Below, piece by piece: positions 8,094-15,446 of a stretch of 32,000 bases of DNA (position 1 is its first letter; the number at the start of each line of letters is the position of its first letter). The position numbers were made by a program, and so were the translations under genes. Origin of the DNA: an uncultured archaeon (GTDB lineage Archaea > Asgardarchaeota > Thorarchaeia > Thorarchaeales > Thorarchaeaceae); the NCBI GenBank assembly GCA_964354495.1, contig CAYHAA010000017.1, positions 30,001 through 62,000 of the forward strand, given 5' to 3'. The notes under the pieces are model-generated. The model searched no databases and was not told the origin of the DNA. It saw only the letters and a program-made list of their open reading frames with translations.

Positions 8094-9323
8094 TCACATG
8101 CCACCTTCCAGGCTCATCTTGATGGCATCGTCTATCGATTTCTGAAGTGTAGGTGGAAGATCTGGGACCTTCAACTTAACAAAGCCGCGAATGATGAGTG
8201 AAGTTGCCTCCTCTTCGTCCAACCCTCGGCTCATGAGATAACTGAGTTGTTCCGCTCCGACTTTCCCAATTGTAGCCTCGTGACTGAGCTCAGACCCCTC
8301 GGCCAGGGCAGCAAGCATAGGCACGGCTCTAATCACTGCTGAATTGCTGACAAGCAATCCATCGCACTCAAGCCTACCCTTTGTTTCGCTGGACAGGCCA
8401 ACCAAATCCCCCCGAGCGGTAATCTCGCACTCATCGGTCGCTATTGACCTTGAAATGACCTTGCCACTGGACTTGGTCGCTTCGAGACTCAGAGAACCTC
8501 CAATATCATACTTCGACTTCTTGCTTCCGTAGACAACCGAGTATAGGTCAGCCTTGGCTCCTGTTCCAATTAGCTTGACCTTGGGGAATGCTTGGATGGA
8601 CTTGGGAGAACTCAGTATTGCATAGCTTGAGATGAACGTGCCATTGTCCTCAACAAGAGTTGCCGTTCGCGGACGTACATCTGTCTTCTCACTCCACCTG
8701 TGAACCATGGTGAAAGTGAGCCGAGCCTTCTTCTTGACATAGAATTCTGACACTCCCAAATGCAGTGACTGCTCCACATTGGAGGGCGTCGCGCAACCTG
8801 TGATGACATGAAGTTCTGAGCCTTCTTCGGCTATGACAATATTATGGACATTCTGAACGAATCGGTTCTTCTTCAGTATCAGGCAACTCTGAACTGGCAT
8901 TTCGATTCTGGCTCCAGCAGCTGCCCGGACGAAGTAGCCATTGTACTGCTCTAGCTCACTTCTCGCTGTGTACTTATCTGTATCAACTGGTACAGCGTTC
9001 CAGAGATAGTCATGCAGCCAATCATATTTCTGAAGAGCCAAGTTCGTTGGTAAGACCTCAAGCCCTTTCTGTTGAATAAGAACATCTGCAAGGAGAGCTT
9101 CGTTGTCGAACTGTATGAAAGATCCCGAAACCCTCTCTTGTGAGGGGTCGAATCCCACCTCTCGTACCAGTGTACGATCCTTCTCTGAGAGGTCATCAAT
9201 TGATTCGAAGGCACCAAGTCTAGAGGAGGAGTATTCATACTTGTCCAGGTCTAAATCACTACCATATGGAGCTGTCTTCTCTTTTGCTGAACGTGCGCGT
9301 TTCTTGGTGTCGTCAGATGGCAT
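8094..9323 (-). CDS. sufB: SufB/SufD-family Fe-S scaffold (minimal SUF/SMS-type beta subunit)
   Basis: Beta-helix region with ITGCATP, ECDGLL and SHEATIGK (Cys/Glu positions typical of SufB), and YLMSRGL; directly downstream of sufC. Confidence 0.9.
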   Translation of the reverse strand: MPSDDTKKRARSAKEKTAPYGSDLDLDKYEYSSSRLGAFESIDDLSEKDRTLVREVGFDPSQERVSGSFIQFDNEALLADVLIQQKGLEVLPTNLALQKYDWLHDYLWNAVPVDTDKYTARSELEQYNGYFVRAAAGARIEMPVQSCLILKKNRFVQNVHNIVIAEEGSELHVITGCATPSNVEQSLHLGVSEFYVKKKARLTFTMVHRWSEKTDVRPRTATLVEDNGTFISSYAILSSPKSIQAFPKVKLIGTGAKADLYSVVYGSKKSKYDIGGSLSLEATKSSGKVISRSIATDECEITARGDLVGLSSETKGRLECDGLLVSNSAVIRAVPMLAALAEGSELSHEATIGKVGAEQLSYLMSRGLDEEEATSLIIRGFVKLKVPDLPPTLQKSIDDAIKMSLEGGM

Positions 9324-9336
9324 CAGATGGACCTCC

Positions 9337-10125
9337 TTATCCTGTCACTTCAGCCAAGAACTTCTCGTAGCCTTTCTCTTCTAATACAGGAATATCACTC
9401 ATGTCACCTGTGTAGACAAGTCTACCGCGCTGTAGTATGTAGACTGCATCCACCTCCAAGAACTCCAAGATATAGCGATGATGACTGATTATTACGAGGG
9501 TGACATCACGCTTCTCTTTGATTGCCTTGAGTTCTCTTCCGACTGTCTTGAGGGAGTCATAGTCAAGCCCACTGTCCGGCTCATCGAGGAACATTATCTT
9601 GGGGCGCATTGATAGAACTTGGAAGAGCTCGCTTCTCTTTGATTCGCCACCGGAGAATCCATCATTGAGGTCACGGTTTGCAAGATTCCTGATACCAAGT
9701 CTTTCAAAATCATCGTACAATATCTGCTTGCATGTACATGTTTCACCCATCAGGGCGTCGTGCACATCCGTACATTGGTAGTCAGGACAGACTCTACAGA
9801 TGAAATCATCGAGCTTGACACCCGATATCCGCGGGGGCGTTTGAAAAGCGTAGGCAATTCCCATCCGCGCACGCTCGGTAATCGATTTGTTCTGGATTGA
9901 TGTGCCATTGAAGAGAATATCGCCGCCGGTGACCTTGTACTCCGGCAAACCCATGATGGTCTTGGCAAGTGTGGACTTGCCAGAGGCGTTGGGCCCAAGA
10001 ATAGCATATACCTGCCCAGCTCGAAAAGCAAGATCCACTCCGACAAGGATTGGAATGCCGCTTACTTCGACCCGCAGGTCTCGTGTTTCGAGAAGGGGAT
10101 TATTATCCATTGAGATTGCCACCAT
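9337..10125 (-). CDS. sufC: Fe-S assembly ABC ATPase SufC
   Basis: Walker A GPNASGKS, Q-loop AFQTP, signature FSGGE, Walker B FLDEPDSGLD. Confidence 0.93.
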   Translation of the reverse strand: MVAISMDNNPLLETRDLRVEVSGIPILVGVDLAFRAGQVYAILGPNASGKSTLAKTIMGLPEYKVTGGDILFNGTSIQNKSITERARMGIAYAFQTPPRISGVKLDDFICRVCPDYQCTDVHDALMGETCTCKQILYDDFERLGIRNLANRDLNDGFSGGESKRSELFQVLSMRPKIMFLDEPDSGLDYDSLKTVGRELKAIKEKRDVTLVIISHHRYILEFLEVDAVYILQRGRLVYTGDMSDIPVLEEKGYEKFLAEVTG

Positions 10126-10314
10126 CAGAATCTATGAGCGTCATCGTTACGGATTGCTTCCATATGCAATTTCAGCCTCTTACTTTCTCGTATATGTACC
10201 AATTGTTTGAACTAAGAATCGAGATACAGATCGGTCTGCAATGTCAGACAGTTTGCTCTTCAAACATTATGCTTAAAACGACCTGCTGAATTCCGTCATT
10301 GCGGTGCATCACTA

Positions 10315-10782
10315 ATGAACGTACAACAGACTTTCGAGAAACTTGTTTCGCTTGCAATTCAGAGAGAGGAAGAATCATACCAGTTTTATATGAAGGCAGC
10401 CAAAGGCTCTGAATTCAAGCCATCAGCGAAACTACTCAAGGATCTAGCTCATCAAGAGGAAATTCATAAGAAGAAACTTCAGTCTGCTCAGAATGAGGGG
10501 GTCTGTCAAACATTCAAGTGCGGCACAGTAGAGGAACTTGAGAAGATGGATCTGAGTAGATATCTTGTCGATATTCCACTGGTGCCATCAGCCACTCCCC
10601 AAGAGGTACTCATAGTGGCAATCAAGAGAGAGGCTGCAGCACACAGTTTCTACAAATCTCTATCAGAACTGACTGGCAGCGGCAAACACCGCTCTGTATT
10701 CGAAATCCTGGCCAAAGAAGAGGAAGCACACAAGGATAGACTTCAGAATATGTATGACGACATCTTCCAGCCGGATATGTGA
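10315..10782 (+). CDS. Ferritin-like/rubrerythrin-family diiron protein (no rubredoxin domain)
   Basis: Duplicated pattern AIQREEESYQFY...LAHQEEIH and AIKREAAAHSFY...LAKEEEAH. Confidence 0.9.
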   Translation: MNVQQTFEKLVSLAIQREEESYQFYMKAAKGSEFKPSAKLLKDLAHQEEIHKKKLQSAQNEGVCQTFKCGTVEELEKMDLSRYLVDIPLVPSATPQEVLIVAIKREAAAHSFYKSLSELTGSGKHRSVFEILAKEEEAHKDRLQNMYDDIFQPDM

Positions 10783-10831
10783 GGAGAACCCCCAGACATC
10801 ATGATACGTAATAGCACGTGAGTAATCGTGA

Positions 10832-12112
10832 TTATAGCTCGTGAAGCTCAGGTGCCGCAATGAACGTCAGTCCACGTTTCGTCAGCTCCTCAGCTGTTCG
10901 ATTCAGTGCATGGTGCTTATCCAAGTAGTTCTGCAGAAGCAGAGGCATGTGCCCCGCTTTGAGGATGTCCTCTTTGGTTCGGAAGTAATCAAGGATATCG
11001 CTAGGATGTTCACGTACCGTTTCGTTCTCAATAACGCCGCCCTCGTGTTTTGCACTGATGTTCTTCACGTGATTTGCCAAATCAAGCAGGTCAGAAAGCC
11101 GGTCATACGGCTGCCGAACAATGGACTTGTAGGTTTCCGTAATGTGATGCTCGATTCGCACCACATCTTCAAAATCGAAGGACTTCCGGATTTGCGCGGC
11201 CACCTCTATGGTTTCTTTATTGACACTATTGGAGAGGTTGAATCCGATGAGAGGGCTTGTCCCATTAGGACGACTGAATAGTTTCGCCGTCATTAGCGTC
11301 CATAGACATGCATATGGATTGTCGTTGCCCATGAACACAGATATCTTGAACCCCATGTCGATACCGAGCTTATGCATCATGTAGCCGACTAGCACACTCC
11401 CGGGGTTGATATTGAGAACCTGTTGGACACCATACTTTGTATAATAATGCAAGAATTCGTCTGCCCACTTCAAGGGAAACTCATTCGGCATCCCAACGCC
11501 GCCGAAATAGCCGGTGATTGTCGCAGGACCGCCCAAATGGACATTCACTGGTGCTCCATCTGGACCTGGATAGGTGCCCTTGGTATCAAGCGTTTCAACA
11601 TATGAAGAACCGAATATCTGCATTGCTGCGGCAAACGCGATGACGTCATCATCTGCTGATTGTTCTGCCATTCGCCGAACCCTGATGAAGCGACTTGGCA
11701 TTATCTCATCCTTCTCTATAGCCTGTCTGGTTTCTGTGATGAGCCATGGAAAGTACTGGCATGCACTGATTTCAAGTGTAACAGCAAAACTATCATCGAA
11801 TTTCATGGAGTTTGCCTTGTCGCCGAGCACCCGCCGCCTATACTCAGGAATTGATATGAACACATGATTGTCACGCTGTTCTTGAAGCCACTGAAGATCT
11901 CTGATATACGGAGACTTCTTTGAGTCAAGCATTTTCAGTAGGTTATCGAGTTTGCGTGCCTCGCGTGCCTTTCTATTGATCTCTTTGACTCCTCCATACT
12001 TGTCGATCAAGACAAGAACATCGGTCACAAGTTGATTCTCATCGCTGAGAAAGAAATCATTGATTTCTCTTAGTTTGTCTTCATCAATCAGCAGTTTCTT
12101 TCTATTGGTCAT
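10832..12112 (-). CDS. Uncharacterised 426-aa soluble protein, possible TIM barrel
   Basis: Long ORF with protein-like composition and enzyme-like motifs (ETLDTKGT, HLGGPATITGYFGG, HHITET, KHEGG). No confident family assignment. Confidence 0.85.
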   Translation of the reverse strand: MTNRKKLLIDEDKLREINDFFLSDENQLVTDVLVLIDKYGGVKEINRKAREARKLDNLLKMLDSKKSPYIRDLQWLQEQRDNHVFISIPEYRRRVLGDKANSMKFDDSFAVTLEISACQYFPWLITETRQAIEKDEIMPSRFIRVRRMAEQSADDDVIAFAAAMQIFGSSYVETLDTKGTYPGPDGAPVNVHLGGPATITGYFGGVGMPNEFPLKWADEFLHYYTKYGVQQVLNINPGSVLVGYMMHKLGIDMGFKISVFMGNDNPYACLWTLMTAKLFSRPNGTSPLIGFNLSNSVNKETIEVAAQIRKSFDFEDVVRIEHHITETYKSIVRQPYDRLSDLLDLANHVKNISAKHEGGVIENETVREHPSDILDYFRTKEDILKAGHMPLLLQNYLDKHHALNRTAEELTKRGLTFIAAPELHEL

Positions 12113-12249
12113 TTCAATGCGCCACCTATCTAGTGCGGCATGCTACGGCAAGCACGATAGCACGAAGTGCTGAGCAGAGTGGAGCCTAAAAACCGTTCTG
12201 ACCACAGCTGGATTGCTAGGATTGCCCTCTGAACCAACATTCCAATTCC

Positions 12250-12834
12250 TCATTGGTCATGAGACTCCAATTCCTGAGTGTTCTCTTTGCTGTACCTCAA
12301 ATCTCGAAGGTAAGAGCGAACTATGGGACCTACCGTCAGCGAACCAAAGGAGCCTACAATGACCTGTATCGAGTTGATGGTCACCAGCTCAGTAAGAGCG
12401 ACTCCTATAGAATAGCCTAGGACAAGAACTTCTCCCAATAGGTAGCCCACCAACATGACACAGGAGGCAACTATGACAGCGATTATGTCCCATGGACTTA
12501 ACCTTGATTCTCGGCGCGTCCTGCTGCAGATAAGACCTACTGCCATTCCTTCAAAACCCTTCACAATCAATGTGATTGGGGCATACCAAGGCGCAAGTAT
12601 TAGGTCAGCAATGGCAGAACCAATCCCGCCTGCAACAAAGCCGCCAAGAGGCCCAAGAAGAAGCCCGCTCAGCATCACCAATACATCTCCAAGATTGAAG
12701 TAGCCACTCGTAGTTGGAAAGGGCACTACCAACACGACTGTTGCCACTGTTGTCAGGGCCGTTAGGATTGCGAGCAATGATAGATAGAGGGTCAAATTCG
12801 GATATCTCGGATGAAAGTACTCCATCGATCTCAT
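12250..12834 (-). CDS. ECF transporter S component
   Basis: PFPTTSGYFNLGD...GGIGSAIADL...WYAPITLIVKGFEG with about 5-6 TM segments. The likely start is ATG 12834 or 12825 rather than 12963. Confidence 0.88.
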   Translation of the reverse strand: MRSMEYFHPRYPNLTLYLSLLAILTALTTVATVVLVVPFPTTSGYFNLGDVLVMLSGLLLGPLGGFVAGGIGSAIADLILAPWYAPITLIVKGFEGMAVGLICSRTRRESRLSPWDIIAVIVASCVMLVGYLLGEVLVLGYSIGVALTELVTINSIQVIVGSFGSLTVGPIVRSYLRDLRYSKENTQELESHDQ

Positions 12835-12987
12835 CTTCCATACGCTGGACGTTTCAACGAAACGACAGAAAAGAAACAGCATATAACTCTGAGCCAAGAC
12901 AAAGAGAAGTATTTTAACAAGAGCTGCGCATAGGAGGGGATGGGTAGTTGAACAAACTCCCACTTCCTATACGAGAGGTAGGGAAAA

Positions 12988-13368
12988 ATGAGCCAAAAAT
13001 GGATACAGACTGCTGATTGGAAGACCGAGAAACATATCCCTGTGATTGAAATAGAGAAGGTCAAAGATGGTCGGGTCAATGTGAAAGTCACCGTTGGAAA
13101 GGAGATCCCGCATCCGAATACAACAGCTCATCACATAAAATGGATTGACTTGTTCTTATGGCCGGACGATGAGAAATTCCCAGTTGAGATAGGTTATGTC
13201 AGTTTTGATGCGCACGGAGAATCAGCCAAGGGGGCAGATACAAGCTCTGTGTACACAGAGCCATGCGCAGTGTTCACATTCATGACCAAGAAAGCGGGAA
13301 CTCTGATGGCGACCGCCTACTGCAACATTCATGGGCTTTGGAAGAGTGAGAAAGAGCTCAAGCTCTAG
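12988..13368 (+). CDS. sor: Superoxide reductase (neelaredoxin/class II SOR)
   Basis: EKHIP, HPNTTAHHIKWI and CNIHG iron ligands; no desulforedoxin domain. Confidence 0.95.
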   Translation: MSQKWIQTADWKTEKHIPVIEIEKVKDGRVNVKVTVGKEIPHPNTTAHHIKWIDLFLWPDDEKFPVEIGYVSFDAHGESAKGADTSSVYTEPCAVFTFMTKKAGTLMATAYCNIHGLWKSEKELKL

Positions 13369-13609
13369 TTTCACCAAGTTCAGTGACAGCGGTTGGAGCT
13401 TGCTCACAGAATAGAGTGGCAGGCTTCCACTGCTCTGCTTTTCATCCATACTGGGAGAACCAAATTCAGTTGCCTTCAGAGTCCTCGAAGGCTTCAAATG
13501 GGAGAATCATTCCTCACGGGCGTTTCAAGTTCCAAGGAGCACAATTCCGGAGAGAAGAATCTCCTCCATATCACCATACAGCCCGTCGACAGTGTCTTGA
13601 AACTAGTCA

Positions 13610-13659
13610 CATCTTGTGACTTCATCTTGTGTCCCTCAAGAGTGGCTTCGCTATATATA
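13610..13659 (+). promoter_or_regulatory. TATA box (TATATATA 13652-13659) with an upstream CATCTTGTG direct repeat
   Basis: CATCTTGTG at 13610-13618 and 13623-13631; AGTCAC/GTGACT inverted repeat around 13605-13621. ATG 13689 lies 30 nt downstream of the TATA box. Confidence 0.55.
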
Positions 13660-13688
13660 CTCTGTCTGAGCAGTATTTCTCGTGAACT

Positions 13689-13796
13689 ATGATGGCTCTA
13701 GCAACTAACAACCGAACGATATCTGCGCTGAAGAACAAGACCGGTCGAATTCTCTCGACCGAGGCAATCACCTACGCCTACCAGTATAGGAGGTAA
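13689..13796 (+). CDS. Small peptide P1, 35 aa (MMALATNNRTISALKNKTGRILSTEAITYAYQYRR)
   Basis: Positioned for leaderless translation after the TATA box; paralogous to P2 with mostly synonymous DNA differences. Confidence 0.75.
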   Translation: MMALATNNRTISALKNKTGRILSTEAITYAYQYRR

Positions 13797-13802
13797 AGAA
13801 TA

Positions 13803-13889
13803 ATGACTCAAGCTAAGAGAACAATCAGGAATTACCACGATAAGAGAATCTCCACTGATGCAATCACCTATGCATACATGTACAGGTAG
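13803..13889 (+). CDS. Small peptide P2, 28 aa (MTQAKRTIRNYHDKRISTDAITYAYMYR)
   Basis: SD AGGAGGT is supplied by the end of P1; 10 of 12 residues are identical to P1 in the C-terminal motif. Confidence 0.75.
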   Translation: MTQAKRTIRNYHDKRISTDAITYAYMYR

Positions 13890-13895
13890 ATCACG

Positions 13896-14003
13896 ATGAC
13901 CCCCGAGAAAATTGTTCTTGAAAATCACTCTAGCTCGCCCAACGACAATGCCAAGCGTTGTTGCATGACTCCTGAGGAAGTGCTCATGCTCGAAGCAACC
14001 TGA
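13896..14003 (+). CDS. Small peptide P3, 35 aa (MTPEKIVLENHSSSPNDNAKRCCMTPEEVLMLEAT)
   Basis: Starts 6 nt after the P2 stop; internal MTPE duplication; fills the gap up to the convergent gene. Confidence 0.45.
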   Translation: MTPEKIVLENHSSSPNDNAKRCCMTPEEVLMLEAT

Positions 14004-14036
14004 GCACTTCATTCTTTGTTTTCCGTACTTCAATCA

Positions 14037-14639
14037 CTACATATCTGCCTTCACGATCCAGCTGACAAGCTCAGAATTCAGAGGATTCTCCTTGACGAAC
14101 TCCTCGCGATAGGTTCCGCTCTTGAAGGCAAGAAGAACATTCTGCATCCCTCCATCGAAACCCACAATTCTCACTGCTCTTGCAAGCGAATTGGATCGGA
14201 AGGCAATCACTGTTGCAATCAGAGACACTGCAAAGATTACAGTAAAGGTGAATACCCATGGAGAGATAGAAGTCCCTCTTGATATCGAATCGCCCAACAA
14301 CAACAGACCGAAGAACATGAAAGCCATCGCAAGTCCATCTACTATGAGGCACAATGATTTGTAGCGATCTTCCCCCTCGTCGGTGTAGTAATGATCAGCA
14401 CATACTTGGATAGGCAGAACTCTCAGGTTAGGTTGTGGAATTCCTTGCTTTCTCCGAACCCGAGGGTCAAAGGAGGGGTCCCATTCACGTCGTAAGTACT
14501 GAGGCCTTCCGGATACAATGGTCAGGCGCGATGTTGTTGTTGCAGGATTTCCGCAGACAGGACATACTCTCGGGAAACGTGCTCTGGAGATGTCTACACG
14601 AACAATGGGTTCATCAAGGTAGAACTTCCTCGGGCTCAT
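14037..14639 (-). CDS. Membrane protein with N-terminal Zn-ribbon-like motif and two TM helices
   Basis: CPVC...CxxH motif, then two hydrophobic segments and a soluble C-terminal tail. Confidence 0.8.
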   Translation of the reverse strand: MSPRKFYLDEPIVRVDISRARFPRVCPVCGNPATTTSRLTIVSGRPQYLRREWDPSFDPRVRRKQGIPQPNLRVLPIQVCADHYYTDEGEDRYKSLCLIVDGLAMAFMFFGLLLLGDSISRGTSISPWVFTFTVIFAVSLIATVIAFRSNSLARAVRIVGFDGGMQNVLLAFKSGTYREEFVKENPLNSELVSWIVKADM

Positions 14640-14746
14640 GGCATGTAGACTCCCTCACGGAAGAGGAGAAGAGAAGTGGGATAAAGAGTGTATCGACCTA
14701 GGCATTACTGCAGCATTTTTAACTCTCAAGATACGAGCATTTCGCC

Positions 14747-15316
14747 ATGTACTACGGAGAGAAGGTTCATCTGAGAGCTCTAGAGCTTGAGGATTTAGAC
14801 GTCGTCATGGAAAACTGGAACAACCTTGAGATGAGGCAGTTCCTAGCCACTGCATGGCCTATGTCGAAAAACATAGAGAGAAAATGGTTGGAACGGGTGA
14901 CTACCATGGATCCATGGAAAGATGGTGGAATGGTGCTTGCCATCGAGGACAAGAAGACAAAGAAGTTCCTCGGCTCTACGAGTTTCTTTGATATATCAAA
15001 ACAGAATCAGAGAGCTGAATTCGGTATAGCAATTCATAGCCCAGATAATTTTGGAAGAGGTTATGGAACTGACGCTGTGAGGCTGATGCTTTGGGTCGGG
15101 TTTCATATCCTTGGTCTAAACAGCATATTCCTAGTGACGCTGGATACCAATGTGCGAGCTCAGCATGCGTACGAAAAAGCAGGTTTCAAACGGGCTGGGC
15201 TTTATAGACAGGCAACCTACATGATGGGAAAGTTCCACGATTTTGTAGTCATGGATGCCATTCGGGAAGACTTTCTCAAACAATACCCACCAGGAACACA
15301 GATCAGCGGGCCGTAA
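14747..15316 (+). CDS. GNAT N-acetyltransferase, RimJ/RimL family
   Basis: VHLRALELED, AEFGIAI, FGRGYGTDA, NVRAQHAYEKAGF. Confidence 0.93.
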   Translation: MYYGEKVHLRALELEDLDVVMENWNNLEMRQFLATAWPMSKNIERKWLERVTTMDPWKDGGMVLAIEDKKTKKFLGSTSFFDISKQNQRAEFGIAIHSPDNFGRGYGTDAVRLMLWVGFHILGLNSIFLVTLDTNVRAQHAYEKAGFKRAGLYRQATYMMGKFHDFVVMDAIREDFLKQYPPGTQISGP

Positions 15317-15407
15317 TCCGGCGAAAGAGTGAAAGGCAGGACAGTTCTGCGAAGCACAAGATGCAAAAGAAGGCTGACCGATACGAGATTATGCCTTTCA
15401 GGTGGGC

Positions 15408-15421
15408 ACTCGTCGACGAGT
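15408..15421. promoter_or_regulatory. Perfect 14-bp palindrome upstream of transketolase
   Basis: ACTCGTCGACGAGT is its own reverse complement and ends 26 nt before the tkt ATG. Function unproven. Confidence 0.35.
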
Positions 15422-15446
15422 CGACCAAAGCATGGAGCAGTTTCCA

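Noticed and set aside
13494-13625. Minus-strand 43-aa ORF (MKSQDVTSFKTLSTGC...) and the track ORFs 13383-13619, 13393-13692 and 13698-14033
   Set aside because: No motif or SD support. 13698-14033 is the antisense shadow of P1-P3. The 43-aa ORF is well placed relative to the bidirectional TATA box but has no other evidence.
13689-13889. P1/P2 as lasso-peptide precursors (P1 has G-x5-E followed by a Tyr-rich tail)
   Set aside because: The leader Thr is at -1 rather than -2, P2 has no equivalent Gly, and no lasso B/C genes are in the window.
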